Below, in pieces: positions 38,204-52,276 of a stretch of DNA of 64,000 nt; the first letter of the stretch is position 1; each line of letters begins with the position of its first letter. The translations under genes were made by a program, and so were the position numbers. The stretch comes from Phoronis australis. Its lineage: Eukaryota > Animalia > Phoronida. Location: positions 392,958 through 456,957 of the forward strand of contig NMRA01000247.1 of the NCBI GenBank assembly GCA_002633005.1. Reading direction: 5' to 3'. The notes under the pieces were generated by a model, which was given only the letters and a program-made list of their open reading frames with translations, did no database searches and was not told the DNA's origin.

Positions 38204-40624
38204 ATGGCTGCAGGTGTCGAGATACCACTCATTGTTATGACCGTCTTTTGGGTCATTGTTGGTGGTATTTGTCCTTGGCTTGTTCCCAAAGGGCCCAACA
38301 GAGGGTATGTGCATTGTTTTTTCTGTGGTGGTCTGAACATAACCTTCTTTATAACAACTTTATAATTAGCTATTGACCTTTTGTATTACATCAAGAAATA
38401 AACATAAGTGAGGGCAAGCTCAACGTAGCCTGAAATCTACAGGTGGGGAGTTATTCATGAGAGCCAGTGGTCAATTTGGAATTCTTTATTCAAGGGTAAT
38501 TATGGAGAACCTTTTGAACATTCTACAAAATACTTCTCACTCGCTACAAATACTTGTGCCATGTCAAAATATTCTGGTGCGTCTAATGGGTTAGTATAGT
38601 ATAGTATATTTATTCAATAACTAGGCCTCCGGCCCTTGTTACAATCAAATCATCAAATACAATAAAGGTAAGTGTCAAACACTAGAAGTAAACCGAATTC
38701 TTCTTCGCTTGAATGCAAAATGAACATATTTACATGTTGACCATATCAGATCTTTTTCCTCCATAGTCATGAGTCTGTTGAATTTTGTAACATTGGGGTT
38801 GTTGTAGCTCCATGCAGGCAAATATCGTTTCCTTAGGTTATCGTAGAATGGGCATTCGATAACAAAATGATATTCTGACTCGACATATGTCGAGTTAGTC
38901 CAGCTTGTGTGGCAAGGTCTCTTTGTGTATGGTTAAAACTTTTACCGTGCACTGTAAATGTTTTGTGGATGGCGGTGAGTATTCCCACCCTCTGTTTAGT
39001 ATTCCACTGTGTGAAAAGTTCTCTGCGACCTGTGGTAAGTTTTTGTTTGCCACTCCTGCTGTTGGAAGCCACGGCAACCACTGGATCTTTGTGAAGTTTT
39101 GCAGCAATCATTTTTATCATGGAGAGAGCAGATGTGAATTTTTGGACTGAACTATCTACTATTGTGCCACCTGGTGGCAGTTTTAGCTTGTAATAGCCTT
39201 TATATTTGCTAGGTTCCTTGATGGATTTTCATGAAACTTAATTGCTCTCAAGGAGAGGGTAACACCTAAGGTGTTGTTTCTCCTGTTTGATGTTCATTTT
39301 TTCATATTCACCTTTCTATTTGAGAAACCACTTGCAGGATACTCGTGAAATTTGACAGACATGTTCCCATTAAATATTTCTTGGATGATGCTGTTTTCTG
39401 GACAAATGTGACTTGCGTGTCTCCTAGTGGCAATTTTAGTTTCCTTTCCGTGTGCTTTATCTCAAGTTCCTTCATGAATCTTCATAAAATTTGGCTGGAT
39501 GGCATTTGTCTTGTTTCTCTGAATTAAAACTCTGAATTTACTTTCTCAAAAAATATAATAACCTGTAAACTACCTGTTAAATTTTGAACTACCTGTAATG
39601 TTATCTAGTTAATTTATTGAATTCTTCTACTTTGTTAATAATTTGTTGTTACCATTGGTTACAGAATTATACAGACAATGTTGGTGACTACAGCAGTTGC
39701 ATGCTATTTATTGTAAGTAACTCTATCTTCAGAAGTCTATTCATTCACATGTACACCCAATCACCACCCATGGGAGTTAGGTTTGCTGGAAACGTAGCAG
39801 TTAAGTGTAGGGGTGTCTAGGATGTCAACTCATCCACCATGCATAATTTGTGGAGCTGAGATGGAAAACAGCATGAAAAAATCCACAGTATGGATATAAC
39901 AGTTGTGATGTACATTGTATTAAGAAGGTGGTTTGGAAACAAAGACTCAATTGGGTTTATACATGAGTGAATCTTGATTTTTTTACACTGTGAATTGCAG
40001 TGAGAAAAAAACAGCAGGTCGACCAACTGAATCCTGCTGCCTCAAATGCTGAATGGATCACCATGTTGGTTGGTGTTTCACTTACCAAAGCATTAGAGAA
40101 GAATACTTTTGAAGTAAAGCAGTAAAACACTCACGAAATTTTTCGAGCTGGCTAATAGTCTTGCTGAGTATCAGTAGTCAATTACAAGCACAAGGTCTGT
40201 TGAAATGGGCTTGTAGAATATCCAAGTAACATGTTGGTCATTTTGTAGAAGTATTTCTCATACATTCCAACACTACATTCCTACTACTATAATTATTCAG
40301 TGAACCAGCTGTTTCATGCAACCTGCTGTTTATTTACTTTTAAAATTCTCATTTCGTGTTGCTTAATGACAAACTAAGAGAGTGCAATGACTTGGTAAAT
40401 TCGTAAATTTACAGTACTCTTTATATATAGCTGTGCCGAGTTGGAGAATAAGCTTTCATTTTTTACTCAGTAAACTAAACATGCATACAAAATGAGCTGT
40501 TGTTGCTTCTAGTTGGTTGACAACGTTCCTAGCCCAGCTTAACCCACTGTTTGGCCCTGAATTAGAGAGTACTACACTGACCATAGTACAACACGAATGG
40601 CCTGCCCCAGCAGACATAAAGTAA
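38204..40624 (+). CDS. ATP6V0E: V-type proton ATPase V0 subunit e, 86 aa, 3 coding exons
   Basis: Exons 38204-38304, 39665-39712 and 40513-40624 splice to [86 protein letters not shown], containing the diagnostic PKGPNRG, CYLFW and AQLNPLFGP motifs. There is an acceptor at 38187, a donor 1 nt after the stop, and a probable 3' UTR exon from 41311. Confidence 0.96.
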
Positions 40625-43600
40625 GGTAAGTCACAACTTCTTTCATGCTTGGACAATATTATTCTAGCTTTCCTGGCCTACCGTAGTCACGGTTCCGCAC
40701 TAAGCTTGTTAGCGATGGTGCAGATGTTTGTACACTTTCAGATTATTGTCCAATCTGTGTTATCATGCGCAAACTGTGATGTGTTTGTTTTGATGACTTG
40801 TCTATAAGAAAACTGTTTCGCTTGATGACGGCATTTGCTAAAGATAGTAAAGGTTGCATTATGATACTTGCCAGGAATTTTATTCAAGTTTTCACAGTAA
40901 TGGTTATCAAGGTTTTCCAAACTTGGAATTCAATGTCTAAAAAGGTGACTGGCACAACAATTTTATTCCATTTTGCCTCATTCATCAGAAGTCTTTCCAG
41001 CTGTTTGAGTAATGATTAGGAAAGAAGCATGAAATGTCATATAATAAAACAAATAAAGGTCAATCCGTGAGGCATGTTAGGCTGCGTGAACCTCAGGGAA
41101 ACCAATGTTGTTCTCTGTCTGTCCATTTCACCTGAGCTGAATTCCGTAGATGCAAGAATCCAGCAAAGGAAACTAGTGTGATCTTGCATTTCATTTATTG
41201 CAGTATTACATGGTGATGTGTTGCCATGGTTTGCAGTTTCACGAAGATCTCGCGTCAGCAGAACGCATGTCTGATATTGCCCATGTACAAAGTGTTTCTC
41301 TCTTTTCCAGATTTCTAGCAAACTCTTAAAGAAGTGCAATGTAAATAGGTGGATAGATGCCGTGTACAGAGAGACTATCATGTGTACATGGACTAGCTAA
41401 TTGAATGGTGTCTCATTACAAACTACAACAGAGGAAGAACCACGTGTACAGCAGCATGTTTAGTGACGTACTTTTAGTGACGTCTTGCATGGGAACTGGA
41501 TTTTATTTCATTTTGTTTAATTTTCCAAATACTATTGTAGGAAACTGGGAACTTTTCTTTTAGTGTAATCATCGAAATCTTGAAACGATCGAGTTAAAAA
41601 GATACAATAGTTCATTTCAATCGAATATCATAAATTTATTCTGGAGGATGGGGTTTACGGTAAAAATGCCATGAGTTTTGTAGCTGTATTTGTTGGGGCA
41701 TACATATTCCAGAGTCATAGGCAGATTCACGATTTCACATGAAGGAAAACTGCCTTGTTGTTGGTCAAGTGTAGTTACAACTGTTTCATCATGATGATGA
41801 TCTCGTTTGAAAGTGTGTGAGAGTCATCACCTAAGATACAGGCAATCCAGTTCATTGATATAACAGTGACACCATCTTTTAGTGTTTGGAAGAACTACAC
41901 TTCCTGGACATGCACAATTTTATATTTACTAGCATTCTGGTTATATTTGAACGCACCCTTTGTTTAGATATGTGAAATTTACTGCAAATGCATACAGTCT
42001 ATCTCAGTCTAAAGGTTTTCTGAGATTAAGTACTTCAATCTGTGCATTCATATGTTCATGTAAACTTTCCGTTGTAACATTCTAGCATACAGTGCGATCA
42101 GTTGGAAAATGGATATGCCTTGTAATCAGTTTAATAAGAAAATGAGAGCTTGATATGCTGGTTAAAAGCTGTACAAGATTGTCTCTGCTTAGTCAAATGT
42201 TCTGTGTTTACTGTAAACAAGTGTAAAGTTGCTTTGTGTTGGTTATTATGTACAATATATATTTATTGATGTATCTGTGTAATATTTCAAATGTGTCTGA
42301 AACTGGTTTGTTTTGTGAATGCTCAAGCAAGCGGATCTCGCTCAATTTAAACAGAAAACATATTAACCAGCGACATATGGTGACCATAGCTGCAGCTTCA
42401 GGGAGTGTTTAGAACAAGATAAAGGCAATCAGACAAAACACTGTTTCTGTGTCATGACACCTAATTCTGTTAACTGCAAAAATGTCTAGTTAGAACAATT
42501 ATCAGGGCAAAATTCTAATTGCACAATGGCTGAGTCACCTTGCCAACTTTTTTTCTTCTCAGTCACGAGGGAAGACTGCTCTGACGATGAATTCGGTTTC
42601 CACTCGTGTTCAGGGAATTCTGGGTCATTTTGTCCGACTACTCTTGGCCTGTATTGTATCTCCAGAGTTTACAGTCTCACCTATCGGCCATTGTTCACTG
42701 CGTTATATTTGTCAAACATGAACACATCTGGGCACAAATTATTATTTAGTCAACTTCTTTAAAGTTCAAGAACTCATGTCTACAAAAAGTGTACAGTACA
42801 CAGTTTTAGCTTGTGATGTGTGTCCGATGATATATAATACATACGTCATTGTTTTTTACTAGCAATATCTTTAAAATTAGCGCGTAAATAATCGTGCTGA
42901 GCGTTACCTCAATAGAAACATTGGTTCATTTCAGTTCCAACTGCTTTGATTTCTGGTCTCTCCCCCTCACAATGCATTTTGATGTGTACCTGTACAGTCT
43001 CTTCTCTACCTGTGTCGCTTGTTTTGTGTTTGTAACTGTTTCCTTGAGAATGGTTTAATAAAAAAACGAAACTTTGGATTGGATAGATATGTCGTTATTT
43101 ACTTACGCGCTAATTTTAAAGTTCGTGCTTCTGTTCTGGCCTAAATCAAATGTGAGCAATATCTTTGCCATCCTGGTTTTGTTCACCTGTGGTCGTAACT
43201 AACAAATCGAGGTTTTGGCAGAACGTGAAGCTAAAAGAAGGTTTTTGGTGACGGACCTACACATTTTTATTTCGTGACTGAAGAAATGAAATCATGATAA
43301 CCTTTGGCGTTACTTGCGCTACTTTTCATCTCATTCGTTGTCCTAATGCATTATTTTGCTTCCCAACTATGGTGATATATACCATTAATAATGACATTTC
43401 TTTCCGTGCGCGATTTTTCGTGTTTTACTCAAAAATGTTCTTAAATTACGTTTCAACGTCAAATGAATTGATTTTACAGTTCACCTTCAAAACAAGAAAG
43501 AACGATTTACGGTAACTAGTGTTCTTCAGTCGACTTTTCTGGCGCAGGAACCAGCGAACGAAGGAAAACGGAAGTTAGCAATTGTTGCGATGGGAAATAC

Positions 43601-44747
43601 TGACCCAAAAATGCGCCGAAGTACAGGCGGGAAATAGAAGGAGGGAGTTGCAAAAGTAGTACCGTTGTTCGATTCATGAGTTCCCCATTCTAATTTGCGG
43701 TGGACATTGGCTTTTGGAGGAAGTGGCCGGAATCCGCGCTATTGATAGACAGACCAACAAGAAACTAAGGCGGCACTTCCTAGCAAATTTGTCCGGAAGT
43801 CGTATTCATCCTGTTATATTCATATAAATGCACTTGACAAATTTCACAAAGATCCAGCAAGCCGGGTTTACGAGATGCTTACAGGTGCACCGAACACGGT
43901 CGCCGAATAGAGATGACGACGCCAATTAGCAGCACTGATGTGATAGGCCGTAATGATAGGCCAACACTGAACGTTGGACCGATGTGGTTAGAAAACAAAA
44001 CTGAATGAAATCTGACACAAAATTAGTACCATTAAAAGTTACGAGTTCCCTTGGGTTAGGCAAATGGGTTACTAAAAGTTGTTAACTAATGGCGTTATAC
44101 GTCGTTATTGGTTGCTGCTAAATTTGTGGAGCGATAATTTGCTTCGGCCTTTAAACTTATCTTCATCTCATAGGTCTGTTTGTTTTCTCGCGGATTCTTC
44201 AATCAAGGCTGTTCTCAAGGTTGCGTGCAGTTCACAACAAGTTACCAAATTGCTTTCACTTCATTATAGATTTTTAAATTTGTTTCAAGAAAAAACAAAT
44301 TTCTGAGCAAATTTTGCCTCGGCTAAGCTGTCATCTTCCCCAAAGGACGTGGAAAAATGAACAAAATGGCGCGTGCGCGTGTCTGGAGCGTAGCCTACTA
44401 AAAACGGTCTGAGCTTCATATTGAAAGATAAAGCTTGACTGACTATTAAAAGAAATACATAATCACAGTTACTTCTTCGTATGTTATTCTTTAGACTTTT
44501 ACTGATATCCGGTCCAGTTATCTCCACACGCAACCGCATGCGGAATTTGCAGACAGAGAAGGCATGTAATATCGGGCTTCAAAAGCAATGCTAACTGACC
44601 ATTTCTGCTTCTGTTATGCTTCCTTTAAAATATCTCTTTGCCATACTATTTTGGAGCGGACCCACGAAATGTCGATGTGCTCGACATATGTTGCCACGCA
44701 ACCCTTGTTGAGACAGTAATTCTCCATAAGCAAAAGTGGTTGTTAGC

Positions 44748-46541
44748 CTAACCTAAACTAGGCAAATCAAATTGCACAGATTTTTGAATAGAAATATTCG
44801 GCAACTGACTGCTGTCCTTTTTAAGCGCCGGTTTTGGATCAGGTGTCCTCATAATCTCATTTTTATACGGGGTTTCACTAAGTTGCCGTCCATCAAAGTC
44901 AGGAGTAAGGGCACTCGACGTCGCATTTGAAGTTACGTCAGTCACACGTATTTCTGGAGTTAACGGCCCCACCAGAGCAGTTGCAATAGTAGACTTTTGG
45001 CGTCTGAGGTCAATGTTCGGCGGGAGAGCTTTGGAATCTACGTCTTCATATTTGAAGTGTGGAAGTTCAGCAACAGCTGTCTTCGTTTCGTGCATTACAT
45101 TGCCGTGAACGGAATCGCGACGAGTTTCTATGGGTGCTGGTGACTTGGAGGTTTTCGTGAGACAGGAGTGTATGGCATCCGAATACCTGAAAAAATGATG
45201 AACAACAAGATTCTGGTTTTGTTTAGGTGTGTCTGGTTTGCGCAAGTTTCTTTTCAACCAGGTGTCTTTTGTTGGACTCTTGTCAGGTTTCTCATGCGAG
45301 TTATGCCTCCTTATGGAAACGTTCTCCGGCAGTTTATTGGGTGATTTTTCCTTTTGTGGACTAAATTTAATCAAAGGCTTCACATTGTGCTCTTTTAGTT
45401 TCCTGCGAAGCTTCTTTTCCAATCTGGGCACAAGAAGATCGTCAATGCCGCTCAATAACCCAAGTTCTGATCGGGCGTGTTCTGTAGAAGGGATATTTGG
45501 AAAAGGAGATATTTTGATATTGCTGTCGTCCGAACTTATGGTAACATTGCTCGTTGACACTATACCCGAAGGCGTGACAGCTAGCGACTGATACGCGCTA
45601 TCGTTGACGTAGTTTTTATGTTCTTGCGTTTGACTTTGCAAACGTTGGTCGTCCGTCTGACGGAGTTGCTGGTGTTGGTCGGACTCAGTTAGCGAATCCG
45701 CTAGGTGATTGTTATTCAAAGGGAGAGCTTCCCTAACAAAGTTTTTTCTATTTGAATCAAATCCGCCAACAATTAGCACTGTCGGTTTTTTATCACACTT
45801 CAGTTCAATCGAACACTGCGTGCTGTCCTTTGACGCTAAACTTATGTCCGATTGCTCCGATATTAAAGAACTGCTATATTTCGAATCATGGAACAGATGC
45901 TTAAAGGAACGCTTCCTACCAGCCGATGGAACGTACTGAAGTCGCCGTGAATTCGATAGACCTCTACTGCTCCCATTACTCTGGCGGGAAGTGTATTTTC
46001 GTATCAGCCGATCATTTCTTACGGGCACAATAGGTGACTGTGTACATACCATAGTAACGTCTCGTCTTTGATCTAACGGAAACTCATTAGATTCTCGAAC
46101 AGTATGTGTATTGGGTCCCAGCGGAGGTTTATCGCGTAATAAATCGCTACGGGACTTCTGCAAATGTCTTTTTCCTGTTGTAGAAATGAGTTTTGAGTTG
46201 CCTTTAAGAGTTTCATTTCGACGCAGTGATATTTCTTGCATTCTCTTGGAGTAAGCCAACATTGACTTTTGTAACTCTTTTTTGGATTGGTCAATCTGTG
46301 AAATTTCTTTCTTATACAAATTTCGATAAGCTTGTAGCTGACTATCCATTTTGGACAGTTCGTAATTATTCGCCATGAGGAGACCAGGTTCTGTTTCATG
46401 ATGGATTCGCGCTACTCCTGTATAGTTTGTGTTTTGGGTTATCAAACTTTTTCCATTCTTGTTTTGCATCGTCAGAATTATGTCGGTTTGACTATCGCTC
46501 GACTTTATGCGAACTTCAACCTCGTCACCGTGATTGGTCTC
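44748..46541 (-). CDS. Unidentified protein encoded by one large terminal exon: short N-terminal coiled coil, then S/T/K/P-rich disordered sequence
   Basis: The frame is open for about 1.8 kb in AT-rich DNA. A strong acceptor TTTGTTGCTTTCGTTGCAG| lies at 46542. Likely starts are ATG 46469 (MQNK) or 46376 (MANNYELSKMDSQLQAYRNLYKKEISQIDQSKKELQKSM). No transposon motifs were seen. Confidence 0.75.
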   Translation of the reverse strand, partial: ETNHGDEVEVRIKSSDSQTDIILTMQNKNGKSLITQNTNYTGVARIHHETEPGLLMANNYELSKMDSQLQAYRNLYKKEISQIDQSKKELQKSMLAYSKRMQEISLRRNETLKGNSKLISTTGKRHLQKSRSDLLRDKPPLGPNTHTVRESNEFPLDQRRDVTMVCTQSPIVPVRNDRLIRKYTSRQSNGSSRGLSNSRRLQYVPSAGRKRSFKHLFHDSKYSSSLISEQSDISLASKDSTQCSIELKCDKKPTVLIVGGFDSNRKNFVREALPLNNNHLADSLTESDQHQQLRQTDDQRLQSQTQEHKNYVNDSAYQSLAVTPSGIVSTSNVTISSDDSNIKISPFPNIPSTEHARSELGLLSGIDDLLVPRLEKKLRRKLKEHNVKPLIKFSPQKEKSPNKLPENVSIRRHNSHEKPDKSPTKDTWLKRNLRKPDTPKQNQNLVVHHFFRYSDAIHSCLTKTSKSPAPIETRRDSVHGNVMHETKTAVAELPHFKYEDVDSKALPPNIDLRRQKSTIATALVGPLTPEIRVTDVTSNATSSALTPDFDGRQLSETPYKNEIMRTPDPKPALKKDSSQLPNISIQKSVQFDLPSLG

Positions 46542-46655
46542 CTGCAACGAAAGCAACAAATTACAGTTTATGGAAATTGGAAAATTGAGAGATTGACATC
46601 ATATGTTGAACCAATACGATGAAAACAATTACCCTAGGAAGATAGTACTATGCGT

Positions 46656-47666
46656 TGGTCACACGACTGAGTTCTGTCCCAATGCCTAAGCTTCGGATGA
46701 ATGAGGGTTCCGACACTGATCCGATGAATTTTCTATCTCATAATGGTTATATCTTCCGACAGTCGGGCGATTGTCGAAACATTATTGAGCGCGTCGGGAA
46801 GGCATCGGCGTCAGACATCACCAATCAGTGCTAACCTTAGTCGAACAAAATCGAAATTATTCCGTTACCCAGCCGAATTTGCAATTGCAGGAGACGGAAA
46901 AATCACTGGGCTATGTTATTCGCACGTACCCGCGGCGGATGGCTTTAGTTGGTCGGTTGACGTCAACGTCCATCGCTCGACGTCCGGTAGACAACAAACC
47001 GATACACTGACGCCGCAGTACTATCTGTTAAAGGAGCATTGTCGTTTTTACTGTCGAAAAATGCAGTTCTGGGATTATTGTTTAATGAGATAAACGTTTT
47101 GAAGTTATTGGCTTTGCCCACTGTTGTAAAATAATTATAAATCCGTTGTCTTCGTGTGATTTCATTACAAATCGTCAATCGTTGATTGCCAGACATTCGA
47201 TAAAATACTCTGACAAAACGTGAGTGGGATTTAGCTCAGCCAGCAGAGCGTTTTGCCTGCGACGCGAGATTTTTTCCGCAGGACCGATTCCACGTTGGGG
47301 GCCTCTGAAAAAGATTTTCATGTCGATAGTGTGACTTTTTACGTGTCCGCTAAAACCGCCGTTCGGCAAAAAATAGTCCGATATGTGACCAAGACGTGCG
47401 AAACACATTATAACGGTCAGACGTTCCTGTAAGCAATCGTGAACGCATTGACATAGCATCGACACATCACTGGGCGATAGCCAAACACCATCCCGATGAT
47501 TTGCTGACTTACGACCTGTCAACTAGAAACTGGTCCATGTGGAGAAAATTTAGTGGACGTCGGAAAATGATTAACTGCGCCCGATGATGCTGTACATCGA
47601 TTTGTGATTACTGACGCCGAGTGTCGGTAGCTGGCCGACGTTCCCGATAATCTTCAGATGTGACCA
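46656..47666. mobile_element. Probable PIF/Harbinger-like non-autonomous element
   Basis: Imperfect inverted ends TGGTCACACGACTGA and TCAGATGTGACCA around a CpG-rich interior with repeated CCGAT/ATCGG motifs. The TSD was not resolved. Confidence 0.4.
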
Positions 47667-50600
47667 TTTTTCTGCTGGAAATTCACCGGATCGGCGTCGA
47701 ATGCTTTATGTGAACGCGGTGTAAGACATAGATTGTTAACTCACAGAAATAGCAACGGTATATCGAGATGACTTGGAATACGGACTTGAGTGTTGGGACA
47801 CCGCGATCTGAAGCAAATAGTTTTTCGAGGAGGGAGCGTTTTGTGGCAGTTGGCATTTCGACATTCAATGAAACACCAAATTAATGAAAATAGACAATAG
47901 CTTCGTTATTGCAACATTTCATTTTAAACTCTAGTCCTATATACTCTCGCACATCTCAGCTGGAATCGAGAATTTTTCCGTCAATGGGATCACTGACGTA
48001 GGTCTCTAAAACACGAATTGAACTTCACACGAGATCTCGTTTAAAATAAGGCACTAACCATTTCCCGGATCGTCTGTGGAATATTTCAATCTGCGTTTCC
48101 ACTAGTGTTACGTACGAACAAGCGTTCGAGAAAGTCTGCGGGCCACTGGGGCAGGCAATCCAGCTTTAGTCAAACTATAAGGTCTACTGATGTTGCCGAA
48201 AGTCGATTGATCCGGACATTTTATGCCCAGTTGCGATTCTTATTTTACGACCTGTCGTTATGATGTCACCAAGTTTGCATTACAGGGCACAATGAATATT
48301 GGCTATCCGTGAAAGGAGCGATTTCTGGTAATTACACCGCGTGACAGCCATTACTGAACGCCGTTATGGAACTTTTCATTCGTCACATTGAAAGACTTAT
48401 TGTATCCAGGCGACTTCTTTTGACGTGGTCTAGTAACAACGTAATGGGAACATAATTAGAAGGTGGTACTCAACAATAGATTAATTCCTTTGTTTATATT
48501 GTACGCACTTTATTGATATGCAACACTATCCAATCACACGACAGACTGCATTCTGAGAATGTTCATGTAGGAAAAAGCTGCCAACACGCAATACTCCATT
48601 GTATGTGAATATCATGATTTTATTGTCCACGGGTGGTCCAGTGGTAGAAATAAGAAAGGGCCTTGACCACGTTTCTGTAGGTCACATGCGCTGTTACCTC
48701 GGTTCCGCTTGTTCAAATTTCTAATTTAAATTTGATGCTAAGAAATTGAAATAAATGAAATATTAGTGAAAAATGAAACAGATGTCAGTGAAACGTTATG
48801 AAATTAAAATTCTGTCACTTTATAGGCGGATGTGGGGGGGGGAGGGTGTACCGACTACTATACAGCCAAAGCCAGAGGTCGTCGGCAAGCCGTTTTTAGG
48901 TCTATGCAAACATGGACATGCACATGTTTTCGTTAGATCGTCGTACATCGTTGCTCTGACGTAACAGGTGCCTCAAGCGCTTCGTGAAACCGTCTTCTAG
49001 CTTTCGAAACCAATATTTGTGAGATGAGGATTGCGAACTATCGATGTGGCTACATGTCCCCTCCCTCTGCTTGCTCGACTACCTTTAGCTTCATTGTCAT
49101 GCCGGAACTGTCCATCGTACTAAAAATAGATTCTTAGAATCACAAGAAAATAGTCTGACTGAAGCCTCATAGTGTACTGAGTTCAGTGCCACTGGATTTT
49201 GGGAACGTTGATGACAGCCCAGGACGAAGTTAGGCTACCTATGTGCGAGAATTATCGCTGATTAGATTTGGAAATAAATTTCATTTTGTTAACAATTATA
49301 AATCATGACGTCAGTTCTAAAACAAGTTACGCCATGTCGAATTTTGCCGGCCTGAACGGCAATATACATTGTACACCCACACACGTCTCGGCATTGACGA
49401 CTTACGTAACTAGTTAAACGGTCGCATACACTTTAGATTCACACACTTGATATATTATGACTTTGAGTTAAGCGGTCAAATACGATGAACACCCGAAAAC
49501 GTGATAAATGATGATTTTAAGTTGAGTGGTCACATCATACTTTGAACACCCATACAAGTGGTATATGATGATGGCAATTTGGCGTTGGGAGTGTGATGAT
49601 AATGCCAACGATGGTAATAGTAGATTAATAACTTTGTTGCAGATGAATAATGTAAATCAAAATCGTGATAATTGCAGCAACATGTCCATGCTTTCCTATT
49701 TTGTTTTCAAAGCGTTTCTATGGCAACAACCAACAGCAACACATCTTAAGAATGTTCGTATAAATAACCTAATATAAACTCTCAAATTTTTCAGAACTGT
49801 TATTTAAAGCTGCGTGTGGCGTTTACATCTTATACAATTATAAAATCGGTCTCATAATATTCCTTACCCGGTTTTATGAGGGTAAAAAGTTTAACTTCAT
49901 TTTAGTTTTTGGCCAGCTAAACAAGGCAAAATGCAGCTTTACTGGGCTATAAACTCATCACAAAATGAATTGTGTTTTGACCCAGTTATCGTTATGAAAT
50001 TGGCACTCCAATTGCTCAGTAGTCAATTTGGAGATGATTCGGGATTTCCGGCGAAAGAACAGGTAGATGGTTATCCCTTGAGACTATAGTAAGCTGGTTT
50101 ATCACGGCTTGTCGTTTTATGCTACTAACATGGTCTCAGAGTTAGAAATCACTTCTCGTCTGAAGAAGGAACAGCGTGGAAACCAATGTAATAACGACAA
50201 GTGGTCTAAATCAAAAGTTCATTTCGTTGACCAAATATTACGTAATATGTATTGTGTCTTTTCAGTAAAATAAACAAAAAAATCCACTTAGCACATTTTA
50301 ATGTTTTAAGACCCTTGTTGTGACAAAACACGCGATCAGTTGAGTGCGTGCTCACATGTCGATCAACGTTGTGTACTTAAAACTGTCAAATTAAACTCTT
50401 TTGTGTAGAAGTGTTGGTATCCTGACGTTCCTCCGCTGACACGCGATAATGATGACAAAATTCTTTCATTTCGCTAACATCGTCGCGATGAGTGGTATGT
50501 AAAAGATTGTGACGTCAGGAGGATCGCAGGAGTAGTTTCTCGTATCCTAGTTACGTCATGGGTGACGAAGCGGAGCAAAACTATAGAACCCAGTGAGCAA

Positions 50601-52276
50601 AAGTAGTTTTAGAAGCCTCGGTATCGGTGCTGTTTTTTTTTTTTTTAATTTCGTTAAATCGAAGTAGTGGCCCAGATTCGTAAGAAACGGGCCTCGGTAC
50701 ATTCCAGAATGACACGAATTGAAAAATGTCTGCCTCCCTGAAGAAAGGCGGGACGATAAAGCTCTCAGTCGCCTCCCAAATCCCGTCTTCGCTGCAACTG
50801 ACATGGCGCAAAGAATGTTCCATCAGTTAAGTCCTTCTTAATTGAACCTGCAAGCAGTCGGAATTTATTGACCAAAATCACAGCAACTGAGCTACCTAAA
50901 TTAGATTAAAAATTGTTCGCATGGAAAAGATATCCTCTGATGCGGCAATGAATTACATTTGGTTGAAAAAGCTGGGATGATAAAGTTCAGAACTCAGACT
51001 CGCCGTAGAATAACCGTGAATAAAACAGCATTTTACGTGACTTTGAAAAGCATTTTGGGTCACGTTATAGTTGTAATTTTGCAATACAGCTAAGATAAAT
51101 GAAACAATAACTTCCCTCTGAGTTCTGAGACATAACTGAAGAAAAAAAAATGAAGTAGGTGTATGGCACTTACTGTTGGCTAAGTTATAAAATATCACAA
51201 ACATTAAAAAGTAGTTGGCTTAATCCTGCTTTTTACTGAATATGAACCAAGATGATAAAACGTCCCAATCCACAATCGCGCTGCAATACAATATTTACAC
51301 ACTGTCAATTGAGTTGCTAATCCGGCCGTTGTTGCACTCATAGGGCTTCCGGTCGTCAGTGTCCGTTGATTGCACACCGTCGACTAATGTTTATGAAGTA
51401 CTTCAGTGAAGTGGGGGTTCCAGCTTGTGCCAAGAGAGATAACCATTTCCTGTGTACACGCACCTTATTTCGTCGTAGTCTTCAGTAATGACGTGAATAA
51501 ATTAAGGCAACGAAGCCGACGTGTGACTATTTTCCTGTATAAGAACTACCCAAACTTCCAAGGCTACAAATTCCGAGCTGGGACAAAAAGTTGCATGCAG
51601 TTTTCGAATATAGTTCGAAAAAAACATTCGTTTCCTTAAACGGATACCACAACACGGTATTGAATTATTAACAAATTCTAAAAGCTATTTTCCCATCCAA
51701 TTCCCTGCCTTGAAACAAAATAATGCTAGACCCTCAACAACCTTCAAAAGTTTGGAGGAAAATTTGAAAACTCCTTTCGAAGTCTACTAAACGTGCAAGC
51801 GTGACCTACAGTTTTAGCGAATTACAAGGCAACTGTAGCGTGACCAAGAACCATAAAATCCAATCTGTGACATAGGGGTAAGGGTTTTAGTTGATTCCTG
51901 ATTTTATCGTTTAAGATTGACGCCAATGACGCATTAGCAGGTGACAAAATGAGGATTGGTTGAAATCATCAAAACAGGATTTAGCATCCTTTTAAGATTC
52001 ATCTCACTTTGCAAACTGTTTAGTGACTGAACATATAGAGTGGAACACTCTGCACCAACTAATTCATTTCACATAGCATTCAGTCACAGTAACAGTGTTC
52101 ATGGGCAGCCGTTCAAAGTTTGTATCTTTTTAAACTTATTGAAATGCCGGATAAAAATCTCTTTGTATCCACCAGAAGTAATACGATACATTGCAACATG
52201 TTTTGCGGGGAAAATGAGGACGCTGTGCACGCTCCTTATACAAAGTTCACATGTTGGCCGTTCACAGTGTAGATCT

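Noticed and set aside
41785-41840. SECIS-like hairpin (ATGA...AAA...) in the ATP6V0E 3' UTR
   Set aside because: There is no correctly placed 3' GA for the quartet, and the CDS ends in TAA with no in-frame TGA.
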